A stretch of 35,250 bases of DNA from Paludibacter sp. (GCA_017989795.1 JAGNPC010000001.1:1-35250); one strand, 5' to 3'. Shown: positions 9,899 through 21,159, counted from the stretch's first letter. The notes: generated by a model from the letters alone, not told the origin. Program-made: numbers and translations.

Positions 9899-9910
9899 GG
9901 AGGTATAGAA

Positions 9911-10201
9911 ATGGGAATAATAATAAAACCAATCGTTACAGAAAAGATGACTCAGCTGGGCGAAAAACTAAACCGCTATGGCTTTAGAGTTCACAAGAGC
10001 GCTAACAAGATTGAAATCAAACAGGCTGTTGAGGCCATGTATGATGTAACTGTTACAGAGGTAAATACCTTAATTGTAGCTCCAAAGAAAAAGAGTCGCT
10101 TTACTAAAAGCGGAGCTATCAGCGGAAAAACATCTGCTTATAAAAAAGCAATTGTATCAGTTAAAGACGGTGAGCAAATAGATTTTTATAGCAATATCTA
10201 A
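9911..10201 (+). CDS. rplW: 50S ribosomal protein L23
   Basis: KPIVTEK, ANKIEIKQAVE and KKAIV motifs. Confidence 0.99.
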   Translation: MGIIIKPIVTEKMTQLGEKLNRYGFRVHKSANKIEIKQAVEAMYDVTVTEVNTLIVAPKKKSRFTKSGAISGKTSAYKKAIVSVKDGEQIDFYSNI

Positions 10202-10206
10202 AAAAT

Positions 10207-10283
10207 CATTTACTGTTTATTCATTTATCATTTACAGTTTTTTAAATTGTAAATGGTAAATTGTAAATAGCAAAATAGTAAAT
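10207..10283. repeat. Palindromic array of degenerate heptamers (CATTTAC / TGTAAAT) between rplW and rplB
   Basis: CATTTAC-type units are followed by TGTAAAT GGTAAAT TGTAAAT ... AGTAAAT. Positions 10223-10240 pair with 10244-10261 (two G-U pairs). Confidence 0.75.
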
Positions 10284-10295
10284 TAAAAATAAATA

Positions 10296-11120
<825 letters not shown>

Positions 11121-11142
11121 TCAGAAAAAGTAAGTAAATAAT

Positions 11143-11409
11143 ATGAGCCGTTCATTAAAAAAAGGACCTTATATCAATCTGAAGCTCGAGAAAAAGGTAT
11201 TCGCCATGAACGAAAGCGGTAAAAAAACCGTAATCAAAACATGGTCTCGTGCGACAATGATTTCACCTGATTTTGTAGGTCATACAATTGCAGTTCACAA
11301 TGGAAATAAATTTATACCTGTTTACGTAACCGAAAACATGGTTGGTCACAAGTTAGGTGAATTCTCGCCAACTCGTAACTTCCGCGGTCACGGTGGTAAA
11401 AAGAAATAA
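11143..11409 (+). CDS. rpsS: 30S ribosomal protein S19
   Basis: [10 protein letters not shown] and [13 protein letters not shown] motifs. Confidence 0.99.
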   Translation: MSRSLKKGPYINLKLEKKVFAMNESGKKTVIKTWSRATMISPDFVGHTIAVHNGNKFIPVYVTENMVGHKLGEFSPTRNFRGHGGKKK

Positions 11410-11454
11410 TCCATTGAAATTTTAAATTAGAATAAATAAACATTTCATAAGAAA

Positions 11455-11865
11455 ATGGGTGCAAGAAAAAAAATATCAGCCGATGCCAGAAAAGAAGCTA
11501 ACAAAACGCTTTATTTCTCTAAGCTAAACGACGTGCCAACTTCACCACGTAAAATGCGTCTTATGGCGGATCTTATTCGCGGTATGGAAGTTAACAAAGC
11601 GTTAAGCGTATTGAAATTCTCGTCGAAAGAAGCTTCTGGCAGATTAGAGAAACTATTAAAATCTGCAATTGCTAACTGGGAAACAAAAACAGAGCAAAAA
11701 GCAGATAACGTAGAACTATATATTAGTAAAGTTTTTGTGGATTCAGCTACTATGTTGAAACGCTTGCGTACAGCGCCACAAGGACGTGGATATCGTATTC
11801 GTAAACGTTCGAACCACGTTACTCTATTTGTAGATACTAAAATTACTAACGATAACGTAAATTAA
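11455..11865 (+). CDS. rplV: 50S ribosomal protein L22
   Basis: [21 protein letters not shown] and RKRSNHVT motifs. Confidence 0.99.
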   Translation: MGARKKISADARKEANKTLYFSKLNDVPTSPRKMRLMADLIRGMEVNKALSVLKFSSKEASGRLEKLLKSAIANWETKTEQKADNVELYISKVFVDSATMLKRLRTAPQGRGYRIRKRSNHVTLFVDTKITNDNVN

Positions 11866-11872
11866 TTGCTAG

Positions 11873-12613
11873 ATGGGACAAAAAATTAATCCAATAAGTA
11901 ACCGCTTAGGAATTATCCGTGGATGGGATTCGAACTGGTATGGTGGAAACAATTATGGTGAATCCATTCTTGAAGATCACAAAATTAGAACCTATCTGAA
12001 TGCTCGTCTTGCAAAAGCTAGTATTTCACGTATCGTTATCGAGCGTACATTAAAGTTTGTAACTATCACTGTTTTCACTGCACGTCCAGGTATTATTATC
12101 GGTAAAGGTGGTCAGGAAGTTGACAAATTGAAAGAAGAACTTAAAAAAGTTACTGATAAAGACATTCAAATTAATATCTTTGAAGTAAAACGCCCTGAAT
12201 TAGATGCTGTTATCGTTGCTAACAACGTAGCTCGTCAAGTTGAAGGTAAAATTGCTTACCGTCGTGCAACTAAGATGGCTATTGCCTCTACAATGCGCAT
12301 GGGTGCCGAAGGTATTAAAATTATGTGTTCTGGTCGTTTGAATGGTGCTGAAATGGCTCGTTCTGAAATGTATAAAGAAGGACGTACTCCTCTTCATACT
12401 TTTAGAGCTGACATCGATTACGCACATGCTGAAGCATTAACAAAAGTTGGTATCATTGGTATCAAAGTTTGGATTTGTCGTGGTGAAGTTTATGGTAAAA
12501 GAGATTTAACTCCAAACTTTGCAGCAACAAAAGATTCAGCTCCTAAGAACGATCGCTTCGACCGTAATAATAACGATCGTGGTGCTAAGGGCTTTAAAAA
12601 GAAAAAGAAATAA
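11873..12613 (+). CDS. rpsC: 30S ribosomal protein S3
   Basis: [18 protein letters not shown] and [11 protein letters not shown] motifs. Confidence 0.99.
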   Translation: MGQKINPISNRLGIIRGWDSNWYGGNNYGESILEDHKIRTYLNARLAKASISRIVIERTLKFVTITVFTARPGIIIGKGGQEVDKLKEELKKVTDKDIQINIFEVKRPELDAVIVANNVARQVEGKIAYRRATKMAIASTMRMGAEGIKIMCSGRLNGAEMARSEMYKEGRTPLHTFRADIDYAHAEALTKVGIIGIKVWICRGEVYGKRDLTPNFAATKDSAPKNDRFDRNNNDRGAKGFKKKKK

Positions 12614-12645
12614 ACTGTTATTAATGGATTTGAACTAAGGATATT

Positions 12646-13080
12646 ATGTTACAACCTAAAAAAACAAAATTCAGGAGACAGCAAAAAGGGCGCATGAAAG
12701 GTGATGCCCAAAGAGGCAACCAGTTGGCGTTCGGTTCTTTTGGAATTAAATCATTGGAATCAAAATGGCTTACAGGCCGTCAAATTGAAGCTGCACGTAT
12801 TGCTGTAACTCGTTATATGCAACGTCAGGGTCAGATTTGGATCCGCGTTTTCCCTGATAAACCTATTACTAAAAAACCAGCCGAAGTTCGTATGGGTAAG
12901 GGTAAAGGTGCTCCAGAAGGATTCGTTGCTCCTATTACCCCAGGACGTATGTTGTTCGAAGTAGAAGGCGTATCATTCGAAATTGCTAAAGAAGCATTGC
13001 GTTTGGCCGCTCAAAAATTACCCGTGACTACTAAATTCGTAGTAAGACGCGATTATGATTTCACCTCTGTAAATGTGTAA
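12646..13080 (+). CDS. rplP: 50S ribosomal protein L16
   Basis: [11 protein letters not shown] and RMGKGKG motifs. Confidence 0.99.
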   Translation: MLQPKKTKFRRQQKGRMKGDAQRGNQLAFGSFGIKSLESKWLTGRQIEAARIAVTRYMQRQGQIWIRVFPDKPITKKPAEVRMGKGKGAPEGFVAPITPGRMLFEVEGVSFEIAKEALRLAAQKLPVTTKFVVRRDYDFTSVNV

Positions 13081-13086
13081 TGAATT

Positions 13087-13281
13087 ATGAAAACAAGAGA
13101 AATTAAAGAATTAAACACGAAGGAGATACAAGAACGTTTTGATATTGAAAATCAACAATTAACTCGTTTGAAATTGAATCATAGTATTTCTCCGCTTGAC
13201 AATCCATCGCAGATTAAAGTTGTACGTCGTACAATTGCTCGCCTTGCAACTGAATTGCGTCAGCGTGAAATTAATCAATAA
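13087..13281 (+). CDS. rpmC: 50S ribosomal protein L29
   Basis: 64 aa with an IKVVRRTIARLAT motif, located between rplP and rpsQ. Confidence 0.97.
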   Translation: MKTREIKELNTKEIQERFDIENQQLTRLKLNHSISPLDNPSQIKVVRRTIARLATELRQREINQ

Positions 13282-13293
13282 AATCAGACTCTG

Positions 13294-13551
13294 ATGGAAA
13301 CTAGAAAATTAAGAAAAGAGAGAACGGGTGTCGTTTTCAGCAATAAAATGGATAAAACTATTACTGTTGCTGTTAAGTGGAAAGAAAAACACCCTATTTA
13401 CGGTAAATTCGTAAATAAGACAAAAAAATATCATGCTCATGACGACAAAAACGACTGTAACATTGGTGATACAGTTCGTATTATGGAAACTCGCCCGCTG
13501 AGTAAACTAAAAAGATGGAGATTAACTGAAATTATCGAAAGAGTTAAGTAA
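13294..13551 (+). CDS. rpsQ: 30S ribosomal protein S17
   Basis: [14 protein letters not shown] and ETRPLSK motifs. Confidence 0.99.
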   Translation: METRKLRKERTGVVFSNKMDKTITVAVKWKEKHPIYGKFVNKTKKYHAHDDKNDCNIGDTVRIMETRPLSKLKRWRLTEIIERVK

Positions 13552-13553
13552 TT

Positions 13554-13919
13554 ATGATACAACAAGAATCAAGACTCATAGTTGCGGACAACAGTGGTGC
13601 TAAAGAAGTACTTTGTATCCGTGTATTAGGAGGAACCAGCAAACGTTACGCTACTTTAGGCGATATCATTGTGGTGACAGTGAAAAGTGTAATACCTTCT
13701 GCTGACATTAAAAAAGGTATCGTGTCAAAAGCAGTAGTAGTTCGTACAAAAAAAGAAGTACGTCGTCCCGATGGATCATACATCCGTTTTGATGATAATG
13801 CTTGCGTTTTGTTGAACAATTCTGGTGAAATCCGTGGTAGCCGTATCTTCGGCCCTGTTGCTCGCGAATTACGTGCAACAAACATGAAAATCATATCACT
13901 TGCACCTGAAGTGCTCTAA
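13554..13919 (+). CDS. rplN: 50S ribosomal protein L14
   Basis: ADNSGAK, IRFDDNA and SLAPEVL motifs. Confidence 0.99.
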   Translation: MIQQESRLIVADNSGAKEVLCIRVLGGTSKRYATLGDIIVVTVKSVIPSADIKKGIVSKAVVVRTKKEVRRPDGSYIRFDDNACVLLNNSGEIRGSRIFGPVARELRATNMKIISLAPEVL

Positions 13920-13940
13920 TCTTCGAAAAATAAATTAAAG

Positions 13941-14252
13941 ATGAGTAAATTACATATCAAAAAAGGTGATACTGTTTACGTTAATACTGGTGTTGATAAA
14001 GGCAAGACTGGTCGCGTGCTCGAAGTTATCGTTGAAAAACAAAGAGCTATCGTAGAAGGTATAAATTTAGTGTCGAAAAGCACTAAGCCTAATGCAAAAA
14101 GTCCTCAGGGTGGTATCGTTAAACAAGAAGCTGCTATTCATATTTCAAACCTTAATCCGGTTGAAAAAGGAAAGCCAGTACGCGTTGGACGTAAATTGAA
14201 TGAGGCTGGCAAATTAGTACGTATTTCAAAAAAATCAGGAGAGGAAATTTAA
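13941..14252 (+). CDS. rplX: 50S ribosomal protein L24
   Basis: KOW motif [15 protein letters not shown] and EAAIHISN. Confidence 0.99.
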   Translation: MSKLHIKKGDTVYVNTGVDKGKTGRVLEVIVEKQRAIVEGINLVSKSTKPNAKSPQGGIVKQEAAIHISNLNPVEKGKPVRVGRKLNEAGKLVRISKKSGEEI

Positions 14253-14253
14253 G

Positions 14254-14799
14254 ATGAATACAGCAAGTTTAAAACAAGACTACAGAGAACGTATCGTTCC
14301 TGCCTTAATGACAGAATTTGGCTATAGTTCAGTTATGCAAGCTCCAAAACTTGAGAAAATCGTATTGAATCAAGGGCTTGGTATAGCTGTGGCTGATAAG
14401 AAAATTATCGAAGTGGCTATCAATGAGATGACTACTATCTCAGGTCAAAAAGCTGTATCGACAATGTCGAAGAAAGATATTTCGAACTTTAAATTACGTA
14501 AAAAAATGCCTATCGGTGTTCGTGTAACTTTACGTGGCGACAAAATGTATGAGTTTCTTGAAAGACTTGTACGTGTAGCTTTACCTCGTGTACGTGACTT
14601 TAAAGGTATCGAAAATAAATTGGATGGACGTGGAAATTATACACTCGGTATTACTGAGCAAATTATTTTCCCTGAAATCAATATCGACAATATCAGTCGT
14701 TTGTTGGGTATGAACATTACTTTTGTAACTACTGCTCAAACAGATGAAGAAGGTTTTGCTTTATTGAAAGAATTCGGATTACCATTTAAGAAAAACTAA
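14254..14799 (+). CDS. rplE: 50S ribosomal protein L5
   Basis: [16 protein letters not shown] and DGRGNY motifs. Confidence 0.99.
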   Translation: MNTASLKQDYRERIVPALMTEFGYSSVMQAPKLEKIVLNQGLGIAVADKKIIEVAINEMTTISGQKAVSTMSKKDISNFKLRKKMPIGVRVTLRGDKMYEFLERLVRVALPRVRDFKGIENKLDGRGNYTLGITEQIIFPEINIDNISRLLGMNITFVTTAQTDEEGFALLKEFGLPFKKN

Positions 14800-14808
14800 T
14801 AAGAAGAT

Positions 14809-15078
14809 ATGGCAAAAGAATCAATGAAAGCCCGCGAGGTAAAAAGAGCCAAGCTGATAGCAAAATATGCTGCAAAACGTGAACAAATTTTAGCTGATGG
14901 CAACTACGATGCTCTTCAAGCTTTACCACGTAATTCGTCGCCTATACGTGCGCACAACCGTTGTAGTATCACCGGTCGTCCAAAAGGTTATATGCGTCAA
15001 TTCGGAATATCACGTATTCAATTCCGCGAAATGGCTTCAAAAGGTCTTATCCCCGGAGTGAAAAAAGCAAGTTGGTAA
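14809..15078 (+). CDS. rpsN: 30S ribosomal protein S14 (89-aa, no full zinc-ribbon motif)
   Basis: [17 protein letters not shown] and PGVKKASW motifs. Only one Cys is present. Confidence 0.99.
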   Translation: MAKESMKAREVKRAKLIAKYAAKREQILADGNYDALQALPRNSSPIRAHNRCSITGRPKGYMRQFGISRIQFREMASKGLIPGVKKASW

Positions 15079-15088
15079 TACATAATAT

Positions 15089-15131
15089 CCCATAATTTGT
15101 CCTTAAGGTCAAATTATGGGTTTTAGTATTT
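15089..15131 (+). terminator. Probable intrinsic terminator after rpsN
   Basis: Stem CCCATAATTTG ... CAAATTATGGG followed by TTTTAGTATTT. Confidence 0.65.
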
Positions 15132-15144
15132 CAATAAAATATAC

Positions 15145-15158
15145 TATCTTTGCAGCCC
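15145..15158 (+). promoter_or_regulatory. Internal sigma-A promoter upstream of rpsH
   Basis: TATCTTTGCAGCCC, a 14-mer identical to the one at the rpsL promoter (4807-4820). Confidence 0.75.
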
Positions 15159-15234
15159 TTTTGGTTTAAAAAGGTAGATTTATTATTAATTAAATATTGT
15201 CCCGAAGGCCGGGATCAATTTAAAAACAATTTTT

Positions 15235-15630
15235 ATGACAGATCCAATCGCTGATTATTTAACCCGATTGAGGAACGCTATCAAAGCGAACCACCGTGTG
15301 GTGGAAGTTCCTGCATCGAACTTAAAAAAGGAACTGACCCGCATTCTTCACGAAAAAGGGTATATCCTTAACTACAAATTTGTTGAGGAAGGACCTCAGG
15401 GAACTATTAAAATAGCCTTGAAGTATGATCCAGTAAACAAAGTAAACTCTATCAAGAAACTCATTAGAATTTCTACTCCAGGTTTACGTCAATATGTTGG
15501 CTACAAAGAAATGCCACGCGTTTTAAATGGTTTAGGTATTGCTATCCTTTCTACTTCGAAAGGTGTAATCACGAACAAAGAAGCTTCTGATCTTAAGGTT
15601 GGTGGTGAAGTTATATGTTACGTTTATTAA
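15235..15630 (+). CDS. rpsH: 30S ribosomal protein S8
   Basis: [15 protein letters not shown] and [12 protein letters not shown] motifs. Confidence 0.99.
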   Translation: MTDPIADYLTRLRNAIKANHRVVEVPASNLKKELTRILHEKGYILNYKFVEEGPQGTIKIALKYDPVNKVNSIKKLIRISTPGLRQYVGYKEMPRVLNGLGIAILSTSKGVITNKEASDLKVGGEVICYVY

Positions 15631-15648
15631 TAAAGGGAGGAAAGAAAA

Positions 15649-16203
15649 ATGTCAAGAATTGGAAAATTGCCCATTAATATTCCTGCTGGAGTAACTATAA
15701 CGGTACAGGATAGTGTAGTGACTGTTAAAGGTCCTAAAGGTACACTTACACAAGATATTGCAGAAAACCTTATTATTGCTATTGAAGGCAATGTACTTAC
15801 AGTTTCTCGTCCTGACGACGAAAAACAAAACCGTGCTAACCATGGTTTGTATCGTGCTTTGATTCAAAACATGGTAGTAGGTGTTTCTGAAGGATACAAA
15901 AAAACACTTGAACTTATTGGTGTTGGTTATCGTGTTTCTAATCAAGGACAAGTTCTTGAACTTGCACTTGGATATACGCACAATATATTTTTAGGATTAC
16001 CTGCCGAAATTATTGTTGAAACTAAAACTGAACGTAATCAAAATCCTTTGATTATTTTACAAAGTGCAGACAAACAACTTATCGGACAAGTGTGTGCTAA
16101 AATTCGTTCGTTCCGCAAACCGGAGCCTTACAAAGGCAAGGGAGTTCGCTTCCAAGGTGAAGTTGTACGTCGTAAAGCTGGTAAATCGGCTGGTAAAAAA
16201 TAA
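15649..16203 (+). CDS. rplF: 50S ribosomal protein L6
   Basis: MSRIGKLP and RKPEPYKGKG motifs. Confidence 0.99.
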   Translation: MSRIGKLPINIPAGVTITVQDSVVTVKGPKGTLTQDIAENLIIAIEGNVLTVSRPDDEKQNRANHGLYRALIQNMVVGVSEGYKKTLELIGVGYRVSNQGQVLELALGYTHNIFLGLPAEIIVETKTERNQNPLIILQSADKQLIGQVCAKIRSFRKPEPYKGKGVRFQGEVVRRKAGKSAGKK

Positions 16204-16224
16204 CTAACGTAAATAAGTGAAAGT

Positions 16225-16569
16225 ATGTCAGTAAAATCAAATAGAAGAATTAGAATAAAAGCACATATCCGTCATAAAGTGTCGGGTACAGCTATCAAAC
16301 CTCGTTTGACCGTATTTCGCAGCAATGCTCAGATTTACGCTCAAGTTATCGACGATGTACAAGGTGTTACATTAGCATCTGCTTCATCATTGGGTTTAAA
16401 AGAAAAAGTATCAAAAACTGAGCAAGCTGCCAAAGTTGGTGCACTTGTTGCAAAAGTAGCTCAGGAAGCTGGTATTACGCAAGTGATATTTGACCGTAAT
16501 GGTTATTTATATCACGGTAGAGTTAAACAATTGGCCGAAGCAGCACGCGAAGCAGGTCTTAAATTTTAA
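16225..16569 (+). CDS. rplR: 50S ribosomal protein L18
   Basis: PRLTVFRSN and [12 protein letters not shown] motifs. Confidence 0.99.
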   Translation: MSVKSNRRIRIKAHIRHKVSGTAIKPRLTVFRSNAQIYAQVIDDVQGVTLASASSLGLKEKVSKTEQAAKVGALVAKVAQEAGITQVIFDRNGYLYHGRVKQLAEAAREAGLKF

Positions 16570-16589
16570 TCAGGTAAGGCAACAAATAT

Positions 16590-17096
16590 ATGAATAAAGT
16601 AAAATCAACCAACGATCTGGAATTAAAAGACAGATTAGTAGCCGTTAACCGTGTTACAAAAGTAACAAAAGGTGGACGTACGTTCAGTTTTTCGGCTATT
16701 GTTGTTGTAGGTAACGAAGATGGTATAGTAGGATGGGGACTTGGTAAAGCAGGTGAAGTAACAGCTGCAATTGCTAAAGGAACAGAAGCTGCCAAAAAGA
16801 ATCTGATTAAAGTACCTGTATTAAACGGTACAATTCCTCACGAGCAATTATCAAAATTTGGTGGTGCACAGGTTTACATTCAACCAGCATCTCATGGTAC
16901 TGGAGTTAAAGCAGGTGGTGCGATGCGTGCAGTATTAGAAAGTGTTGGTGTTACCGACGTTTTGGCTAAATCTAAAGGTTCGTCGAATCCACATAACCTT
17001 GTTAAAGCTACTATTGTAGCTCTTGGTGAATTGCGCGACGCTCATACTGTAGCTCAAAACCGTGGTATCTCATTAAGTAAAGTGTTTAACGGTTAA
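16590..17096 (+). CDS. rpsE: 30S ribosomal protein S5
   Basis: [11 protein letters not shown] and [12 protein letters not shown] motifs. Confidence 0.99.
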   Translation: MNKVKSTNDLELKDRLVAVNRVTKVTKGGRTFSFSAIVVVGNEDGIVGWGLGKAGEVTAAIAKGTEAAKKNLIKVPVLNGTIPHEQLSKFGGAQVYIQPASHGTGVKAGGAMRAVLESVGVTDVLAKSKGSSNPHNLVKATIVALGELRDAHTVAQNRGISLSKVFNG

Positions 17097-17109
17097 TTTA
17101 TTAAGAAAC

Positions 17110-17286
17110 ATGGCAACAATAAAAATAAAACAAGTTCGTAGTAAAATCAAATGTCCTCAAGTTCAAAAATTGACTCTTGAAGCATTAGGTTTGAAAAAAA
17201 TGAATGCCGTAGTTGAACACGAAGCTAATCCTTGTATTTTAGGAATGGTGGCTAAAGTGAAACACTTGGTAGAAGTAATTAAATAA
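17110..17286 (+). CDS. rpmD: 50S ribosomal protein L30 (not in the ORF track)
   Basis: Translates as MATIKIKQVRSKIKCPQVQKLTLEALGLKKMNAVVEHEANPCILGMVAKVKHLVEVIK*, at the canonical rpsE-rplO position. Confidence 0.97.
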   Translation: MATIKIKQVRSKIKCPQVQKLTLEALGLKKMNAVVEHEANPCILGMVAKVKHLVEVIK

Positions 17287-17319
17287 TTATTATTCTTTAG
17301 ACTCTTTAAATTAAAAGAT

Positions 17320-17766
17320 ATGAATTTAAGTAATTTAACCCCTGCAGTTGGTTCGGTTAAGACTCGCAAACGTATCGGTCGTGGTACCGGTTCTGGTTTA
17401 GGCGGAACTTCTACTAAAGGGCACAAAGGTCAAAAATCACGTTCGGGTTATTCAAAGAAAATTGGATTCGAAGGTGGTCAGATGCCTATTCAACGTCGTT
17501 TACCAAAATTTGGTTTTAAAAACGTTAATCGTATTGAACATAAAGCTATTAATATCGAAACTTTGGAATTGATAGCAACTGCACAAGGTATAACTAAAAT
17601 CGGTTTAAATGAATTACGCACTGCGGGATTTGTTTCTAAAACTGCTTTAGTAAAAATTCTTGGCAAAGGAACGCTTTCTGTGAAAATTGAAGTGGAAGCA
17701 AATGCTTTCTCTAAAACAGCCGAGGATGCAATCGTGGCTGCAGGTGGAACCGTAGTAAAATTATAA
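17320..17766 (+). CDS. rplO: 50S ribosomal protein L15
   Basis: RIGRGTGSG and GFEGGQMP motifs. Confidence 0.99.
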   Translation: MNLSNLTPAVGSVKTRKRIGRGTGSGLGGTSTKGHKGQKSRSGYSKKIGFEGGQMPIQRRLPKFGFKNVNRIEHKAINIETLELIATAQGITKIGLNELRTAGFVSKTALVKILGKGTLSVKIEVEANAFSKTAEDAIVAAGGTVVKL

Positions 17767-17770
17767 CAAC

Positions 17771-19111
17771 ATGAAATTCATCGAGACACTAAAAAATATC
17801 TGGAAAATTGAGGACCTTCGTAGTCGACTTCTTACAACTATTTTGTTTGTATTGGTTTATCGTTTTGGTTCGTATGTAGTTCTTCCAGGTATTGACCCAA
17901 CCGCTTTAACAGCGTTAAAAGCTCAAACCAGTGGTGGTTTATTAGCATTGTTGGATATGTTCTCAGGTGGTGCCTTTGCAAATGCTTCGGTATTTGCTTT
18001 GGGTATTATGCCATATATTTCGGCATCTATTGTTATTCAGCTATTAGGAATCGCTGTTCCGCATTTTCAAAAAATGCAACGTGAAGGCGAGAGTGGTCGT
18101 CGTAAAATGAATCAATATACTCGATACCTTACAGTAGCAATTTTGCTACTGCAAGGACCATCGTACTTGATTAATTTAAGTGTTCAAATGGCTCAGGCTG
18201 GAGCATCTATGCCCGAAACATTTTGGTTCACTATTTCATCTACGTTGATTTTAGCTGGTGGTAGTATGTTTGTTATGTGGCTTGGTGAGCGTATTACTGA
18301 CAAAGGAATTGGAAATGGTATTTCATTTATCATTCTTGTTGGTATTATATCTCGTTTTCCAGGTGCGGTTATCAAAGAGTTTGCTTCACGTTTAAATGAC
18401 GCTGGTGGTGGATTGATAATGTTCTTGCTCGAAATTATTTTCTTATTATTAGTTATCGCAGCGTCTATACTTCTTGTTCAAGGAACTCGCAAGATTCCAG
18501 TACAATATGCAAAACGTGTTGTTGGTAACAAGCAATATGGTGGTGTTCGTCAGTATATTCCTTTAAAAGTGAATGCTGCTGGTGTTATGCCGATTATTTT
18601 CGCGCAAGCCATTATGTTTATTCCTGTTACTTTAGCTGGATTTACTCATTCTGAAGCTGTAAATAGCTTTGTAGGAGCATTCATGAATAATACTGGTTTT
18701 TGGTACAATATGGTGTTTGGTTTAATGATTATTGCATTTACATATTTTTATACTGCAATTACTATTAATCCAACTCAAATGGCTGAAGAAATGAAGCGTA
18801 ATAATGGTTTTATTCCAGGAATTAAACCTGGCAAACGTACAGCTGAATATCTTGATGATATCATGTCTCGTATTACTTTGCCTGGATCAATTTTTCTTGC
18901 TGTAGTAGCTATTATGCCTGCTTTTGCATCATTGCTTGGAATAAATCAAGAGTTTGCACAGTTCTTTGGTGGTACCTCACTACTTATTCTTGTGGGTGTT
19001 GTATTAGATACATTGCAGCAAATTGAAAGTCACTTATTAATGCGTCATTATGATGGCTTGATGAAATCAGGTCGTATTAAAGGACGTACAGGTGGTGTTT
19101 CAGCTTACTAA
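17771..19111 (+). CDS. secY: Preprotein translocase subunit SecY
   Basis: ALGIMPYISASI, WLGERIT..GIGNGIS and GGTSLLILVGV motifs. Confidence 0.99.
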   Translation: MKFIETLKNIWKIEDLRSRLLTTILFVLVYRFGSYVVLPGIDPTALTALKAQTSGGLLALLDMFSGGAFANASVFALGIMPYISASIVIQLLGIAVPHFQKMQREGESGRRKMNQYTRYLTVAILLLQGPSYLINLSVQMAQAGASMPETFWFTISSTLILAGGSMFVMWLGERITDKGIGNGISFIILVGIISRFPGAVIKEFASRLNDAGGGLIMFLLEIIFLLLVIAASILLVQGTRKIPVQYAKRVVGNKQYGGVRQYIPLKVNAAGVMPIIFAQAIMFIPVTLAGFTHSEAVNSFVGAFMNNTGFWYNMVFGLMIIAFTYFYTAITINPTQMAEEMKRNNGFIPGIKPGKRTAEYLDDIMSRITLPGSIFLAVVAIMPAFASLLGINQEFAQFFGGTSLLILVGVVLDTLQQIESHLLMRHYDGLMKSGRIKGRTGGVSAY

Positions 19112-19123
19112 AAATTGAAGGAA

Positions 19124-19909
19124 ATGATATATTTGAAATCTGATGATGAAATCGAATTACTTCGTATTAGTAATCAGATAGTAGCTAAAACGTTAGCTGA
19201 AATTGCCAAGATAATTGCTCCTGGTGTTACTACTGAAGATTTAAATAAATTGGCCGATACCTATATTAGAGATAATGGCGGTATTCCAGGTTTTTTAGGT
19301 TATCATAATTATCCGAAGTCTATTTGTACATCGGTTAACGATGAAGTGGTTCACGGTATACCTTCTAATAAAGTTATACTTAAAGACGGAGATGTGGTTT
19401 CGGTTGATTGTGGAGTTTTGAAAAATGGTTTTCACGGTGACTCTGCTTATACTTTTTGTGTAGGCGATGTTAATCCTGAAATTATTAATTTACTCCGTAC
19501 TACGAAAGAATCCCTTTATAAAGGAATCGAAGAAGCTCAAGAAGGAAAAAGATTGGGTGATGTTGGTTTTGCTATACAAAACCATTGTGAACAACGAGGT
19601 TACTCTGTTGTACGTGAAATGATAGGGCACGGCGTTGGCCGTAGCTTACATGAATCGCCCGAAGTTCCTAATTATGGCAGACGTGGTAATGGTGTAATGC
19701 TTAAATCAGGAATGACTATAGCTATAGAACCAATGATTAATATGGGGAAACGTCAGTTATCTTTTGATAAAGATGGTTGGACTACTCGAACAATTGATCG
19801 CAAAATTTCAGCTCACTTTGAGCATTCAATTGCAATACGTAAGGGAAAGGCAGATATATTATCATCATTTGAATTCATTGAACAAGTTTTAGGAAAAAAA
19901 GCAATATAA
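19124..19909 (+). CDS. map: Type I methionine aminopeptidase
   Basis: CTSVNDEVVHGIP, GHGVG, AIEPMIN and SAHFEHSI motifs. The start is probably ATG 19124. Confidence 0.97.
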   Translation: MIYLKSDDEIELLRISNQIVAKTLAEIAKIIAPGVTTEDLNKLADTYIRDNGGIPGFLGYHNYPKSICTSVNDEVVHGIPSNKVILKDGDVVSVDCGVLKNGFHGDSAYTFCVGDVNPEIINLLRTTKESLYKGIEEAQEGKRLGDVGFAIQNHCEQRGYSVVREMIGHGVGRSLHESPEVPNYGRRGNGVMLKSGMTIAIEPMINMGKRQLSFDKDGWTTRTIDRKISAHFEHSIAIRKGKADILSSFEFIEQVLGKKAI

Positions 19910-19912
19910 TTT

Positions 19913-20131
19913 ATGGCCAAGCAAGCAGCTATTGAACAGGATGGAACTATTATCGAAGCATTGTCAAATGCAATGTTTCGCGTAGAACTGGAAAACGGTC
20001 ACGTAATAACCGCTCATATCTCAGGTAAAATGCGTATGCATTATATAAAAATTTTACCTGGTGATAGAGTTAAAGTAGAAATGTCACCCTACGACTTATC
20101 AAAAGGTCGTATATCATTCCGATACAAATAA
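19913..20131 (+). CDS. infA: Translation initiation factor IF-1
   Basis: [18 protein letters not shown] and SPYDL motifs. Confidence 0.99.
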   Translation: MAKQAAIEQDGTIIEALSNAMFRVELENGHVITAHISGKMRMHYIKILPGDRVKVEMSPYDLSKGRISFRYK

Positions 20132-20185
20132 GTATTTGTTACGGGTCATTGAAAAGAAGAAAAACAAATTAAACATCTTCATAAT

Positions 20186-20302
20186 ATGAAAGTTAGAGCA
20201 TCAGTAAAAAAGCGTACCGACGATTGTAAAATTGTACGTCGTAAAGGTCGCTTATACGTTATTAACAAAAAGAATCCTAAGTACAAACAACGTCAAGGAT
20301 AA
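20186..20302 (+). CDS. rpmJ: 50S ribosomal protein L36, zinc-free type (not in the ORF track)
   Basis: Translates as [38 protein letters not shown]. Confidence 0.98.
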   Translation: MKVRASVKKRTDDCKIVRRKGRLYVINKKNPKYKQRQG

Positions 20303-20333
20303 TTAAAATTTATAAGCAAAATAAATTAAGTTT

Positions 20334-20714
20334 ATGGCTATAAGAATTGTAGGAGTAGATTTACCTCAGAATAAACGTGGGGAAGTTGGATTGACTTATA
20401 TCTACGGAATAGGTCGCAGTAATGCAAAAAAGATTTTAGAAGAAGCTGGTGTTGATATCAACATCAAAGTAAAAGATTGGACTGACGACCAGGCAGCTAA
20501 AATCCGTGAAATCATTGGCGCCGGATACAAAGTGGAAGGTGATCTTCGTTCGGAAGTGCAAACAAACATCAAGCGATTGATGGATATTGGTTGCTACCGT
20601 GGAGTTCGTCACCGTATCGGCCTCCCAATGAGAGGACAAAGTACGAAGAATAACGCTCGTACACGTAAAGGTAAAAAGAAAACAGTTGCAAATAAGAAAA
20701 AAGCAACTAAATAA
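20334..20714 (+). CDS. rpsM: 30S ribosomal protein S13
   Basis: LTYIYGIG and [14 protein letters not shown] motifs. Confidence 0.99.
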   Translation: MAIRIVGVDLPQNKRGEVGLTYIYGIGRSNAKKILEEAGVDINIKVKDWTDDQAAKIREIIGAGYKVEGDLRSEVQTNIKRLMDIGCYRGVRHRIGLPMRGQSTKNNARTRKGKKKTVANKKKATK

Positions 20715-20765
20715 GGTTTAACTGTTAGCGAATTTTAGAAGAGCTAAAAAAATTATTTAACTAAT

Positions 20766-21155
20766 ATGGCAAAGAAAACAGTTGCAGCCAAGAAAAGAAT
20801 TGTTAAAGTAGATGGTATGGGTCAATTGCACGTACACTCGTCATTTAACAATATCATTGTAACTCTTACCAACGGAACAGGACAAGTTATTTCTTGGTCT
20901 TCGGCAGGTAAAATGGGTTTCCGTGGCTCAAAGAAAAACACTCCATACGCAGCGCAAATGGCTGCTCAGGATTGCTCGAAAGTAGCATTTGATTTGGGAC
21001 TACGCAAAGTGAAAGCGTATGTTAAAGGTCCAGGTAATGGTCGTGAATCTGCAATTCGTACTGTACATGGTGCAGGTATCGAAGTGATAGAAATCGTTGA
21101 CGTTACACCACTTCCACATAATGGTTGTCGTCCTCCAAAACGCAGAAGAGTTTAA
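20766..21155 (+). CDS. rpsK: 30S ribosomal protein S11
   Basis: KKNTPYAAQ and [14 protein letters not shown] motifs. Confidence 0.99.
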   Translation: MAKKTVAAKKRIVKVDGMGQLHVHSSFNNIIVTLTNGTGQVISWSSAGKMGFRGSKKNTPYAAQMAAQDCSKVAFDLGLRKVKAYVKGPGNGRESAIRTVHGAGIEVIEIVDVTPLPHNGCRPPKRRRV

Positions 21156-21159
21156 AATC

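Noticed and set aside
14809-20302. Zinc-free S14 and L36 as zinc-starvation paralogues
   Set aside because: They sit at the canonical operon positions, and Cys-poor forms are normal for Bacteroidetes.
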